This document shows positions 28,582 through 39,025 of a DNA stretch of 64,000 nucleotides, in pieces (position 1 is the first letter of the stretch; each line of letters starts with the position of its first letter). Source of the DNA: Flavobacteriaceae bacterium (GTDB lineage: Bacteria; Bacteroidota; Bacteroidia; Flavobacteriales; Flavobacteriaceae); the NCBI GenBank assembly GCA_018657955.1, contig JABHWD010000020.1, positions 130,891-194,890 of the forward strand. Reading direction: 5' to 3'. The translations under genes were made by a program, and so were the position numbers. The notes under the pieces are model-generated. The model saw only the letters and a list, made by a program, of their open reading frames with translations. It did no database searches and was not told the origin of the DNA.

Positions 28582-29232
28582 ATGAAGAATTATTTTTTAA
28601 TAATCGGGATTTTATTTAATTCTTTAATCTTGGTTTCACAGGAAATATCAATTAAAATTGTTGAGATAAAATCATTAGACACTAATGCTATTACTAATTC
28701 AAGTTTTTCTTTAAAAAAGATTGAAGCCAAAGGTTTAACTAATAAGAAAAAAAATAATTATTTCAATTATAATTTAGACTTTGATATTCTATCTAAAGAA
28801 AACATAATTGATATCACCAAGTCTACAGAATTAGTAATTCCAACATGGGTAATAAAACAAAAATTTAAAGAAGGTGGTGGAAACAAATCAAAATTTAAAG
28901 CAGATTATTATTTAGGAAACCTAGAAACTCAATCAGAATATATTATTATAAAATGTAGAGATCATGAGTATGTTGATGGTGATAGAATTAAATTGATGTT
29001 AAATAACGCAGTAATACATCCAAACATCTCTTTGAGCTCTGTTTTTTATGTAATTGATATTGACCTTGATGAAGGTTATAATAATATTGATTTTATTGCT
29101 TTAAATGAAGGAGATTCAAGTCCAAATACAGCACAGCTTGTAGTTCTTGATGAGAATGGGGTAGTGTTGTCAAATAAAAAATGGCTAATTTCTACAGGAT
29201 ATAAGGCTCAATTAGTAGTATATAAAAAATAA
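28582..29232 (+). CDS. Hypothetical secreted protein
   Basis: 216 aa with an N-terminal signal peptide. No family recognised. Confidence 0.5.
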   Translation: MKNYFLIIGILFNSLILVSQEISIKIVEIKSLDTNAITNSSFSLKKIEAKGLTNKKKNNYFNYNLDFDILSKENIIDITKSTELVIPTWVIKQKFKEGGGNKSKFKADYYLGNLETQSEYIIIKCRDHEYVDGDRIKLMLNNAVIHPNISLSSVFYVIDIDLDEGYNNIDFIALNEGDSSPNTAQLVVLDENGVVLSNKKWLISTGYKAQLVVYKK

Positions 29233-29233
29233 A

Positions 29234-30349
29234 TTAGCTGTTTAGCATTACAGGCATTACAAGCATAGTAATTTCTTCACCATCCTCATAACCACTTACA
29301 GGCTTTAAAATTCCCGCTCTGTTAGGAAGACTCATTTCAAGGCTTATTTCATCAGATTCAATGTTATTTAGCATTTCTATAAGAAACCTAGAGTTAAATC
29401 CAATTTCAATATCGTCACCTTTATAATCACAGGTAAGTCTTTCTTCGGCTTTGTTGCTAAAATCAATATCCTCAGCTGACACATTTAATTCAGCTCCAGC
29501 TAATTTCAATCTTACCTGATGAGTGGTTTTATTAGAAAAAATAGAAACCCTTTTCAATGAATTTAAGAATTGAGTTCTATCAATTGTCAAAATATTTGGA
29601 TTTTCGGTAGGAATTACAGCTTCATAATTTGGATAATTTCCATCAATTAATCTACATACTATTATTAGGTTTTCTAATATGAACTTGGCATTAGAGTTAT
29701 TATACTCTATAGTAACTTGAGAATCTTCATCAAGAATAGTCTTCAATAAATTCAATGGTTTTTTTGGCATTATAAATTCCGCTAATTCAGATGCAGAAAC
29801 ATCTGTCCGAGTATATTTAACTAATTTATGAGCATCAGTTGCTACAAATATTGAACTGTCTTGAGATAATTGAAAGAAAACACCACTCATTACTGGCCTA
29901 AGATCATCATTCCCCGCAGCAAATATTGTACTATTTATTGCTTTTAGTAGAACCTTGCTAGAAACTTTGGCTGTAGATGGATTATCTAAAGTTATAGCTT
30001 TAGGAAACTGTTCTCCGTCAGCATAAGCTAAAGTATATTTTCCGTGATTAGAATTTATTTCAATTATATTATTTTCCTCAACTGTAAATGTTAATGGTTG
30101 ATCAGGAAATGTTTTAAGTGTGTCAATTAGTAATTTGGAAGGGATAGCTAAATTCCCCTTACTTTTACTATCAACCTCTATTGAAGAAACCATTGTAGTT
30201 TCTAAATCACTTGAAGTTATTGTAAGGTTTGAATTATCTATATCAAACAGAAAATGGTCTAAAACAGGTATTGTGTTAGTTGCATTAATTACACCACTTA
30301 GTACTTGTAATTTCTTTAATAAAGCAGCGCTAGAAACAATAAACTTCAT
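29234..30349 (-). CDS. dnaN: DNA polymerase III subunit beta (sliding clamp)
   Basis: 371 aa. MKFIVSSAALLKKLQ..., a three-domain length, and ...LRPVMSGVFF... are typical of DnaN. Confidence 0.92.
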   Translation of the reverse strand: MKFIVSSAALLKKLQVLSGVINATNTIPVLDHFLFDIDNSNLTITSSDLETTMVSSIEVDSKSKGNLAIPSKLLIDTLKTFPDQPLTFTVEENNIIEINSNHGKYTLAYADGEQFPKAITLDNPSTAKVSSKVLLKAINSTIFAAGNDDLRPVMSGVFFQLSQDSSIFVATDAHKLVKYTRTDVSASELAEFIMPKKPLNLLKTILDEDSQVTIEYNNSNAKFILENLIIVCRLIDGNYPNYEAVIPTENPNILTIDRTQFLNSLKRVSIFSNKTTHQVRLKLAGAELNVSAEDIDFSNKAEERLTCDYKGDDIEIGFNSRFLIEMLNNIESDEISLEMSLPNRAGILKPVSGYEDGEEITMLVMPVMLNS

Positions 30350-30377
30350 AGAAAAATATTAATAAAATTAAATTACA

Positions 30378-30385
30378 CAAATATA
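30378..30385 (-). promoter_or_regulatory. Candidate -7 box (TAtaTTTG on the minus strand) for dnaN
   Basis: The plus-strand caaatata is tatatttg on the minus strand, 29 nt upstream of the dnaN ATG at 30349. Confidence 0.4.
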
Positions 30386-30431
30386 TTATAATCAGATAAA
30401 TTAGCTAAATAAACTTATCAACACTAATTAA

Positions 30432-31265
30432 TTATTTTAAAAAATTTATAGTTACAGAGTCATATATTTTTAAACCTAATAACGATGCTGCTGTGCCCAC
30501 ATTTAAAGGGTTGCTTTTATATATAGCAATCTCTAAATAGTTAGAAGAATTAAATAAAACTAATGCCCTTCCTTCGTCGTTTCTTCTTTCTTCTAAAATA
30601 TTATAATCTACAATCTCACTATAACTATTATAGATTTTATTAAACTTATGGTTTCTTGCTGAAATTTCATATTCTCTTCCTTTTGAAGCCTCTTTAAAAA
30701 ACAAGTGTTTAATGTTGGTAATCACATTTCCATAATTATCTATATATATAACACTTCCGATAATTTGATTTTTTTCATCATTTATAAAAGGAGTTATAGA
30801 TTTTACCGATCTAATTTTATTGATGCGTTTTCCTATTATCTCTGGTTCGCCACCTTTAGCTAAATGACAAGCTACTTGAGCAAATATTTTTAAATTAGAT
30901 TTTTGAGAGTCTATTTTGTCATGAATATTAATTTCAAAAATTTCATCAGGTTTTATATTATGGCAGACAATGCTCATAATTCCGTTATCAGCACATATAA
31001 AATACTGCTCATTAAGTTTCAGTACTAGATGGGAGCATTCCGGAGTATTTTCAGAATCTACTCCAATTATATGTATGGTTTTTTCTGGAAAATGCTGATA
31101 TGAATTTTCAATTACGTAGGCCGCTTCCATTATATTGAATGGAGAGATTTGATGTGAAATATCAACTATACTTGCTTGAGGAAGATCAGAAATAATAGCT
31201 CCTTTAATTTTTGCCACAAAGTGATCCTTTGTTCCAAAATCTGTAATTAAGGTTATAATTGACAT
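30432..31265 (-). CDS. SAM hydroxide adenosyltransferase / DUF62 (chlorinase/fluorinase-like) family protein
   Basis: 277 aa. The N-terminal ITLITDFGTKDHFVAKIKG...VDISH is the hallmark of the DUF62 family. Confidence 0.8.
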   Translation of the reverse strand: MSIITLITDFGTKDHFVAKIKGAIISDLPQASIVDISHQISPFNIMEAAYVIENSYQHFPEKTIHIIGVDSENTPECSHLVLKLNEQYFICADNGIMSIVCHNIKPDEIFEINIHDKIDSQKSNLKIFAQVACHLAKGGEPEIIGKRINKIRSVKSITPFINDEKNQIIGSVIYIDNYGNVITNIKHLFFKEASKGREYEISARNHKFNKIYNSYSEIVDYNILEERRNDEGRALVLFNSSNYLEIAIYKSNPLNVGTAASLLGLKIYDSVTINFLK

Positions 31266-31309
31266 ATAAATTGTTGATATATTCTTAAAATATGTGCCTT
31301 AAAATTATG

Positions 31310-31317
31310 TATTTTTG
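31310..31317 (+). promoter_or_regulatory. Candidate -7 box (TAttTTTG) for phoH
   Basis: tatttttg lies 47 nt upstream of the TTG start at 31364. A second box on the other strand (caaatcta, 31323-31330, which reads tagatttg) could serve the divergent DUF62 gene. Confidence 0.35.
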
Positions 31318-31363
31318 ATATACAAATCTAATAAATCATTTCTATAATTTTATTTAAATAAAT

Positions 31364-32314
31364 TTGGACGAGCGAGTAATTAAAATAGAAAAAATTGATC
31401 CAAAAGATTTATTTGGACCTCAAAATAAAAACATAAAATTTATTAAGCTAAAATTTCCTGAACTAAAAATTGTTGCCAGAGGAGATAAAATAAAGGCTTA
31501 TGGAAATAAAGAAGCTTTAAATGATTTTGAGGAAAGGCTCAATAAAATAATTAATCATTTTATTGAGTATAATATAGTATCAGATGATGAAATTAAAATG
31601 TTATTAAATAATTCAATTACTGAGATATCAACATCCAAAATAAGTCATAAACCAATTTTGCATGGGATTAATGGAAAGGTAATTAAAGCAAAGTCATTAA
31701 ATCAAAGAAGAATTATTGATGCAGTTTTTAATAGCAATATGGTTTTTGCAATTGGACCGGCAGGAACTGGTAAAACTTACACAAGTATAGCTTTAGCTGT
31801 AAGAGCTTTAAAGCAAAAAGAAGTTAAGCGTATTATATTGACAAGACCTACATTAGAAGCTGGTGAGAATCTAGGATTTCTTCCTGGTGATTTGAAAGAG
31901 AAGCTAGATCCATATATGCAGCCATTATATGATGCTTTAAAAGATATGATACCTTCTGATAAACTAAAAAAATATATTGAGGATGAGACTATTCAAATTG
32001 CTCCTTTAGCATTTATGAGAGGTAGAACTTTAGATAATGCTTTTGTTATTTTAGATGAAGGGCAGAATACAACTCATTCGCAAATGAAAATGTTTTTAAC
32101 AAGAATGGGTAAAAATGCAAAATTTCTAATCACTGGTGATCCTGGCCAAATAGATTTACCCAGAAAAATAACTTCTGGAATAAATGAAGCATTACTTATT
32201 TTAAAAGACACAGATGGAGTAGAAATTATATATTTAAATGATGGAGACGTCATAAGAAATACTCTGGTTAAAAAAATAATTAATGCATATAAAAATATTA
32301 AAAATACTAATTAA
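31364..32314 (+). CDS. phoH: PhoH-like ATPase
   Basis: 316 aa. Walker [17 protein letters not shown], and GDPGQIDLP. The apparent start is TTG. Confidence 0.9.
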   Translation: MDERVIKIEKIDPKDLFGPQNKNIKFIKLKFPELKIVARGDKIKAYGNKEALNDFEERLNKIINHFIEYNIVSDDEIKMLLNNSITEISTSKISHKPILHGINGKVIKAKSLNQRRIIDAVFNSNMVFAIGPAGTGKTYTSIALAVRALKQKEVKRIILTRPTLEAGENLGFLPGDLKEKLDPYMQPLYDALKDMIPSDKLKKYIEDETIQIAPLAFMRGRTLDNAFVILDEGQNTTHSQMKMFLTRMGKNAKFLITGDPGQIDLPRKITSGINEALLILKDTDGVEIIYLNDGDVIRNTLVKKIINAYKNIKNTN

Positions 32315-32319
32315 GGTTA

Positions 32320-33282
32320 ATGAATAATTCGCTAGTTGAGACTAATTTTAATTTTCCAAATCAAAGTAAAATTTACAAAGGTAAGGTTAGGGATGTATAT
32401 ACCTTAAACAATGATTTGCTAGTAATGGTTGCATCAGATAGAATTTCTGCGTTTGATGTGGTAATGCCAAAAGGTATACCTTATAAGGGGCAAATATTAA
32501 ACCAGATTACTACACAAATGATGAGTTTAACTTCAGATATTGTCCCTAACTGGTTGATTTCATCTCCTGATCCAAATGTTTTAATAGGTCATTTATGTGA
32601 GCCATTTAAAGTAGAAATGGTAATTAGAGGGTATTTATCTGGTCATGCAGCAAGAGAGTATAAAAAAGGTAACAGATTACTGTGTGGAGTAAAAATGTCA
32701 GAAGGAATGATAGAAAACGATAAGTTCCCAGAACCAATTATAACCCCTGCCACAAAAGCTGAATTTGGTAATCATGACGAGGATATTAGTAAAGAAGAAA
32801 TTATATCAAGAAATATTGTTTCTATGGAAGATTATGAGGCTTTAGAGAGTTATACTAAAGAATTATTTAAGAAAGGAAGTGAAATTGCAAGAGAAAGAGG
32901 TTTAATACTAGTAGATACAAAATATGAATTTGGCAAAACTAAAGAAGGAAAAATCGTATTAATTGATGAAATACACACCCCGGACTCCTCTAGATACTTT
33001 TATTTCAATGGGTATAGTGAAAGACAAAAAAATAAAGAACCTCAAAAGCAATTATCAAAAGAATTTCTTAGACAGTGGTTGATTAGTAACAATTTTCAAG
33101 GACTTGAAGGTCAAGAAGTTCCTTATATGTCAGAAGAATATATATTAACAGTAAGTAGTAGATATATCGAGCTTTATGAAAACATAACTGCCAAGAAATT
33201 TATTAAAGCAGATAATACTAATTTAGAAAATAGAATTGAAAATAACATTAATAATTATTTAGAAACTAATTTTGGAAATTGA
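32320..33282 (+). CDS. purC: Phosphoribosylaminoimidazole-succinocarboxamide (SAICAR) synthase, long form
   Basis: 320 aa. [25 protein letters not shown] and [11 protein letters not shown]. Confidence 0.9.
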   Translation: MNNSLVETNFNFPNQSKIYKGKVRDVYTLNNDLLVMVASDRISAFDVVMPKGIPYKGQILNQITTQMMSLTSDIVPNWLISSPDPNVLIGHLCEPFKVEMVIRGYLSGHAAREYKKGNRLLCGVKMSEGMIENDKFPEPIITPATKAEFGNHDEDISKEEIISRNIVSMEDYEALESYTKELFKKGSEIARERGLILVDTKYEFGKTKEGKIVLIDEIHTPDSSRYFYFNGYSERQKNKEPQKQLSKEFLRQWLISNNFQGLEGQEVPYMSEEYILTVSSRYIELYENITAKKFIKADNTNLENRIENNINNYLETNFGN

Positions 33283-34624
33283 GAAATTATTTTCAGACAT
33301 TTCATCATATATATGGGGTTTCCCATTAATAATATTACTTATTGGTGGAGGATTATACCTAATCATCTATTCTAAATTTATTCCTTTTAAATACTTCTTT
33401 CATGCTATAGATATAGTTAGAGGAAAGTATGACAATTCTAACGATGAGGGCGAAATAAGTCATTTTGCCGCCCTATCTACTGCCTTATCTGCAACTGTTG
33501 GGATGGGAAATATTGCGGGTGTTTCAATTGCAATATCAATTGGTGGACCAGGAGCAATTTTTTGGATGTGGGTCAGTGGTATAATTGGTATGTCAACTAA
33601 ATTTTTTACATCTTCATTAGCAATAATGTTCAGAGGAAAGGATTCTGCTGGAAACATTCAAGGAGGACCTATGTACTTTATAATTGAAGGTTTAGGAAAA
33701 AAATGGAAGTCTCTTGCTGTATTTTTTAGTATTTGTGGTTTAATAGGTGCTTTACCAGTTTTTAACGTAAATCAGCTAACACAAGCTATAAATGATATTT
33801 TATTAACTCCAATGGGATATGAAGTTAGTTTTCAAACAAATTTATTGATAGGTATATTATTAATTATTATCACTTCCATTGTAATACTTGGTGGTCTTAA
33901 AAGAATTAGTTCTGTAGCCTCAAAATTAGTTCCTTTTATGGTATTCGTCTATATGATATCTGTTATTGCTATTATAATTATTAATATCGAAGAATTGCCC
34001 AGCTACATTAAACTAATATTTTATGATGCATTTACTGGTTTAAATTATAAAGGAGACTCAATTACAGGAGGAGTATTGGGGTCACTAATTATATTAGGAA
34101 TTAGAAGAGGAGCTTTTTCAAATGAAGCAGGTATAGGCATGGCTCCAATGGCACATGGAGCAGCAAAAACAAACTCTCCAATAAGAGAAGGTCTAGTAGC
34201 TATGCTAGGTCCCGCAATTGATACTTTGTTTATTTGTACGTTAACAGCATTAGCAATTCTAATAACTGGGGTATGGGAAACAGATTTAAATGGAGTTACA
34301 TTAACTGCTGCAGCATTTAGCAATTCTCTTCCATTATTTGGAAAGTATTTACTATTGGTATGTGTTATTGTTTTTAGTCTTTCATCATTATTTACATACT
34401 CATATTATGGAACTAAATGTTTATCGTTTTTACTAGGAGAAAGAAATAAAAAATATTATAATTATATTTATATAATCAGCATTATGTTAGGAGCTACAAC
34501 ATCTCTAAGCCTAATGATTAATTTGATAGACACGTTTTTTGCTTTAATGGCTATACCAACAATGTTAGCAACCATCATTTTAGCGCCAAAAGTTATTAAA
34601 GCCTTAAATAAGTATAAAATTTGA
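33272..34624 (+). CDS. Alanine/glycine:cation symporter (AGCS family)
   Basis: 450 aa and polytopic. [25 protein letters not shown] and [19 protein letters not shown] are AGCS signatures. The apparent TTG start overlaps the end of purC by 11 nt. Confidence 0.88.
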   Translation: MEIEKLFSDISSYIWGFPLIILLIGGGLYLIIYSKFIPFKYFFHAIDIVRGKYDNSNDEGEISHFAALSTALSATVGMGNIAGVSIAISIGGPGAIFWMWVSGIIGMSTKFFTSSLAIMFRGKDSAGNIQGGPMYFIIEGLGKKWKSLAVFFSICGLIGALPVFNVNQLTQAINDILLTPMGYEVSFQTNLLIGILLIIITSIVILGGLKRISSVASKLVPFMVFVYMISVIAIIIINIEELPSYIKLIFYDAFTGLNYKGDSITGGVLGSLIILGIRRGAFSNEAGIGMAPMAHGAAKTNSPIREGLVAMLGPAIDTLFICTLTALAILITGVWETDLNGVTLTAAAFSNSLPLFGKYLLLVCVIVFSLSSLFTYSYYGTKCLSFLLGERNKKYYNYIYIISIMLGATTSLSLMINLIDTFFALMAIPTMLATIILAPKVIKALNKYKI

Positions 34625-34878
34625 ATAGCAACGAAAAACAAATCAAATATTGGAGAACAAACGTAAGCTATGTTTTAATTCTGTTATTTTTCTGGTTTAT
34701 GTTTTCATTTGGTGCTGGAATTATATTTAAAGACTTCTTGAATAATTTTAAAATAGGTGGATTTAAACTTGGATTTTGGTTTGCGCAACAAGGATCAATA
34801 TTTCTATTTGTAATCATAATATTTATATATGTTTATTTAATGAATAAATTGGATAAGAAGTATGGATATGATAAATAA
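34621..34878 (+). CDS. DUF4212 small subunit of a two-component sodium:solute symporter
   Basis: 85 aa with two TM segments. KYWRTN...FWFMFSFGAGI...GFWFAQQGSI matches the DUF4212 / Na-symporter small-subunit pattern. The TTG start overlaps the upstream stop (TTGA). Confidence 0.75.
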   Translation: MNSNEKQIKYWRTNVSYVLILLFFWFMFSFGAGIIFKDFLNNFKIGGFKLGFWFAQQGSIFLFVIIIFIYVYLMNKLDKKYGYDK

Positions 34879-36571
34879 TTTAAATCTATTTATGGATTTA
34901 AATGTCCAAGAATGGACATATCTAATAGTAGGGATTACTTTCTCAATTTATATTGCTATTGCTATTTGGTCTAGAGTAGAAACGACAAAAGATTTTTATG
35001 TGGCAGGTGCAGGGGTTAGTCCTTTAGCTAATGGAATGGCAACTGCTGCAGACTGGATGAGCGCAGCATCTTTTATATCAATGGCAGGAATAATTTCTTT
35101 TGCTGGTTATGATGGAGCTGTATATCTGATGGGTTGGACTGGAGGATATGTTCTGTTAGCATTACTTTTAGCTCCGTATTTAAGAAAATTTGGAAAATTT
35201 ACTGTGCCTGATTTTATAGGTGACAGATATTATTCAAATGTCGCAAGAATTGTTGCTGTCATATGTGCTTTACTAGTGTCCTTTACATATATAGCCGGAC
35301 AAATGAGAGGAGTAGGAATTGTTTTTTCAAGATTTTTAGAAGTCGAAATTAATACAGGAGTAATTATAGGAATGATAATTGTTTTATTTTATGCTGTTTT
35401 AGGGGGAATGAAAGGAATTACATATACACAAGTTGCACAATATTGCGTTTTAATCTTTGCCTTTATGGTTCCTGCAATTTTTATTTCTATACAAATGACA
35501 GGGAACCCTATTCCGCAGTTAGGATTTGGGTCTGAAGCAATTGAAGGAGGATATCTTCTAGATAAATTAGATGGCTTAAATGAACAATTAGGATTTAATC
35601 AATATACAGATAACACAAAACCATTAATAGATATTTTCGCTATTACATTTGCTTTAATGGTAGGTACAGCTGGTCTTCCACATGTAATAATTAGGTTTTT
35701 TACAGTTAAAAAAGTCTCCGATGCAAGAAAATCTGCAGGAATAGCATTGCTTCTAATAGCAGTACTGTACACAACTGCACCAGCTGTAGCGGTTTTTGCT
35801 AGAACAAACATGATTGAAACTTTATCAAATGTTGAATATTCTAATGTTCCAAGTTGGTTTAAAAATTGGGAAACTACTGGTTTAATAAGTTTTGATGATA
35901 AAAATCTAGATGGTAAAATACAATATTTAGCAGATAAATCAACTAATGAACTTATTGTTGATAGAGACATCATGGTTTTAGCAAACCCAGAAATTGCAAA
36001 ATTACCAAACTGGGTAATTGCTCTTGTTGCTGCAGGAGGTTTGGCAGCAGCTTTATCAACTGCAGCAGGACTATTATTAGTTATCTCATCATCTATATCC
36101 CACGATTTGCTAAAAAAAGTGATAATGCCTTCTATTTCAGAAAAAGAGGAGCTAATTGCAGCAAGATTATCTGCTTTTGCTGCAGTTTGTGTTGCAGGTT
36201 ATTTTGGTATTAATCCACCCGGATTTGTTGCTGCTACTGTTGCCTTAGCATTTGGGCTTGCTGCTGCATCATTTTTTCCAGCAATTATATTAGGTATTTT
36301 CTATAAAAGGATGAATAAAGAAGGAGCAGTATCAGGAATGATTGCAGGAACCTTATTAATGCTATACTACATGATAAAATATAAACTAGGATGGCTTGAC
36401 GATGAATTACCTAGTTCTGATCAATGGTGGTTTAAAATCTCTCCTGAAGGGTTTGGAACTATTGCAATGTTTGTTAACTTTATTGTATCAATAATTGTAA
36501 TGAAATTTACAGCTGAACCGCCTGATGAAATAAAAAGGATTGTTGAGAGGATTAGAATTCCATCAGAATAA
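34862..36571 (+). CDS. Sodium:solute symporter (SSS family, large subunit partnered with DUF4212; acetate/monocarboxylate-type)
   Basis: 569 aa and polytopic. FYVAGAGVSPLANGMATAADWMSAASFISMAG and GGLAAALSTAAGLLL are SSS motifs. The start is ambiguous, with Met codons at 34862, 34868 and 34892. Confidence 0.85.
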   Translation: MDMINNLNLFMDLNVQEWTYLIVGITFSIYIAIAIWSRVETTKDFYVAGAGVSPLANGMATAADWMSAASFISMAGIISFAGYDGAVYLMGWTGGYVLLALLLAPYLRKFGKFTVPDFIGDRYYSNVARIVAVICALLVSFTYIAGQMRGVGIVFSRFLEVEINTGVIIGMIIVLFYAVLGGMKGITYTQVAQYCVLIFAFMVPAIFISIQMTGNPIPQLGFGSEAIEGGYLLDKLDGLNEQLGFNQYTDNTKPLIDIFAITFALMVGTAGLPHVIIRFFTVKKVSDARKSAGIALLLIAVLYTTAPAVAVFARTNMIETLSNVEYSNVPSWFKNWETTGLISFDDKNLDGKIQYLADKSTNELIVDRDIMVLANPEIAKLPNWVIALVAAGGLAAALSTAAGLLLVISSSISHDLLKKVIMPSISEKEELIAARLSAFAAVCVAGYFGINPPGFVAATVALAFGLAAASFFPAIILGIFYKRMNKEGAVSGMIAGTLLMLYYMIKYKLGWLDDELPSSDQWWFKISPEGFGTIAMFVNFIVSIIVMKFTAEPPDEIKRIVERIRIPSE

Positions 36572-36578
36572 ACCATTT

Positions 36579-38483
36579 ATGGATAAATATAATATTTCAA
36601 CTAAGGACCAATATAATTCAATATATAAAGATTCAATCACTAATCCTGAAGAATTTTGGTCTGAAATAGCATCAAAAAACTTTATTTGGAAGAATAAATG
36701 GGATACAGTTTTAAAATGGGATTTCAAACAAGCTAAAGTTAATTGGTTTCAAGGAGCAAAATTAAACATTACAGAGAACTGTCTAGATAGACATTTGCAG
36801 GATAATTCAGAAAAAACAGCTATAATATTTGAACCTAACAACCCTAAGGATTCTTCAGAAAAAATTACATACAGATCACTGTTTGAGAGAGTATGTAAAA
36901 TGTCTAACGTTTTAAAGGAGAAAGGTATTAAGAAAGGGGACAGGGTTTGTATTTATTTACCAATGATACCTGAACTTGCAATTTCTGTACTTGCATGTGC
37001 TAGAATTGGTGCTATACATTCAGTTATTTTTGCAGGTTTTTCTTCAAATGCCCTTGCTACTAGGATAAATGACTGTGGATCAAGAATTGTAATTACATCT
37101 GACGGTTCATATAGAGGTGAGAAAATTATAGATTTAAAAGGAATAGTTGACGATGCCTTGTCAGAATGTAAAATAGTTGATACAGTTTTGGTAGTAAATA
37201 GAATAAATTCTAAAATTAATCTTGTTGATGGTAGAGATATCTTATTAAAACCATTACTTAAGAATGCAGACAAATATTGTGATGCTGAAATAATGGATGC
37301 TGAGGATCCTTTATTTATTTTATACACTTCAGGATCAACAGGTAAGCCAAAAGGAATGGTTCATAGTTGTGCTGGTTATATGGTATATACTGCCTATACT
37401 TTTAAAAATATTTTTCAATACCAACCAAATAATATATACTGGTGTACTGCAGATATTGGTTGGATAACAGGTCATAGTTATATATTGTATGGTCCATTAG
37501 CAAATTGTGCCACTACTATTATGTTTGAAGGAGTTCCTAGCTATCCAGATTTTGGAAGATTCTGGGATATAGTTGAAAAACATAAAGTTAATCAGTTTTA
37601 TACAGCTCCTACAGCTATTAGAGCTTTAGCAAAACAAGGGATTAAACACATAATCGATAAAGATATTTCTTCTTTAAAAGTGTTAGGAACAGTTGGAGAA
37701 CCTATTAATGAGGAGGCTTGGAATTGGTATGATAAAAATATAGGAAAAAATAAATGTCCTATAGTAGACACATGGTGGCAGACAGAAACAGGAGGTATTT
37801 TAATTTCATCTATTCCTGGAATAATTGATTCAAAACCAACTTTTGCAACATTTCCTTTTGTGGGTATTCAGCCAGTATTAATGGATAGTGAATCTAATGA
37901 AATAATAGATAATGATGTTGTTGGCAGGTTATGTATAAAGTTTCCATGGCCATCAATTGCTAGAACTATATGGGGAAATCATCAGAGATATGTAAATACA
38001 TATTTTTCAACTTTTAATAATATGTATTTCACTGGGGACGGAGCATATAGAGATGCTGATGGTAATTTTAGAATAACTGGAAGAGTAGATGACGTAATAA
38101 TTGTTTCAGGACATAATTTAGGAACTGCCCCCATAGAAGATGTTATAAATGAACACAAAAATGTTGCAGAATCAGCAATCGTTGGTTTCCCGCATGAAAT
38201 AAAAGGAAATGCTTTATACGGGTTTGTTACTTTAAAGGATTCTTCCAATGTATCTGATAATACTAAAGATGAAATAAATAAATTAATTTCTGATAAAATT
38301 GGTCCAATAGCTAAACTAGATAAAATGCAACTTACTGAAGCTTTACCAAAAACAAGATCTGGAAAAATAATGAGAAGAATTTTGAGAAAAATAGCTGAAA
38401 ATGATTTTGATAATCTAGGTGATATTAGTACTCTTTTAAATCCTGAGGCAGTGGAGGCTATAATTAAAAATAATATTAGATAG
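36579..38483 (+). CDS. acs: Acetyl-CoA synthetase
   Basis: YTSGSTGKPKG, WWQTETGG, GDGAYRDADGNFRITGRVDDV and the C-terminal PKTRSGKIMRR. I prefer the ATG at 36579 (MDKYNIST...) to the TTG at 36540, which lies inside the upstream gene. Confidence 0.95.
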   Translation: MDKYNISTKDQYNSIYKDSITNPEEFWSEIASKNFIWKNKWDTVLKWDFKQAKVNWFQGAKLNITENCLDRHLQDNSEKTAIIFEPNNPKDSSEKITYRSLFERVCKMSNVLKEKGIKKGDRVCIYLPMIPELAISVLACARIGAIHSVIFAGFSSNALATRINDCGSRIVITSDGSYRGEKIIDLKGIVDDALSECKIVDTVLVVNRINSKINLVDGRDILLKPLLKNADKYCDAEIMDAEDPLFILYTSGSTGKPKGMVHSCAGYMVYTAYTFKNIFQYQPNNIYWCTADIGWITGHSYILYGPLANCATTIMFEGVPSYPDFGRFWDIVEKHKVNQFYTAPTAIRALAKQGIKHIIDKDISSLKVLGTVGEPINEEAWNWYDKNIGKNKCPIVDTWWQTETGGILISSIPGIIDSKPTFATFPFVGIQPVLMDSESNEIIDNDVVGRLCIKFPWPSIARTIWGNHQRYVNTYFSTFNNMYFTGDGAYRDADGNFRITGRVDDVIIVSGHNLGTAPIEDVINEHKNVAESAIVGFPHEIKGNALYGFVTLKDSSNVSDNTKDEINKLISDKIGPIAKLDKMQLTEALPKTRSGKIMRRILRKIAENDFDNLGDISTLLNPEAVEAIIKNNIR

Positions 38484-39018
38484 TAGTATTTATTTCTTCC
38501 ATAACACAGTTATAATAATTCTTGTTAGACCCGACAAAATATTCGTTACTATTATTTATCAGCTGTTTCATTTCATTATATGTAATGAACTTTAACTTAT
38601 CTACTTCATTATTTTTAAAATCTAAATTAATTTTATCAGGTGTTGTTCTATAAATATAGGTGTGATGAAATTCTCTATCTATAAGTGTATTATGAGTTTC
38701 TTCATTAAAGAAAACACCAATTTTCTTTAGCGTAGTTTTATTAATTACTACACCTACCTCTTCGATAGACTCTCTAATAACAGCATCTAAAAAATTCTCA
38801 CCATATTTTACATGTCCAGCCACAGAAACATCCCAAATTCCTGGATTAATTTTCTTATTTTTCGATCTTTTCTGAATTAAAATTTCATTTTTACAACAAA
38901 ATATCCATAAATGAATAGTAGCGTGAATTAACCCGCTTTTATGTATTTCAGATTTCAAAAGTTTTTCTCCAGTAGGCTCCCCGTTTTCTGTATAGATTTC
39001 AATAAATTCTTTATCCAT
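38476..39018 (-). CDS. NUDIX hydrolase
   Basis: 180 aa. The Nudix box is GHVKYGENFLDAVIRESIEEVG. Confidence 0.8.
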   Translation of the reverse strand: MDKEFIEIYTENGEPTGEKLLKSEIHKSGLIHATIHLWIFCCKNEILIQKRSKNKKINPGIWDVSVAGHVKYGENFLDAVIRESIEEVGVVINKTTLKKIGVFFNEETHNTLIDREFHHTYIYRTTPDKINLDFKNNEVDKLKFITYNEMKQLINNSNEYFVGSNKNYYNCVMEEINTTI

Positions 39019-39025
39019 AAATTAA

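Noticed and set aside
30350-30431. Possible replication origin next to dnaN
   Set aside because: There is only one near-consensus DnaA box (ttatcaaca, 30415-30423) here. One perfect box (ttatccaca, 9399-9407) is buried inside uvrA. There is no dnaA gene and no box cluster or AT-rich unwinding repeats beyond the background AT-richness.
35599-35973. Antisense ORFs of 117-124 aa inside the SSS symporter gene, acs (36953..37327), rocD (46256..46609) and mnmE (15230..15586)
   Set aside because: All are embedded opposite strongly supported genes, lack motifs, and have the composition expected from the complementary codon frame. I treat them as shadow ORFs.
36540-36578. TTG-started 13-codon extension of acs
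   Set aside because: It lies within the end of the upstream symporter gene. The ATG at 36579 gives the usual Acs N-terminus.
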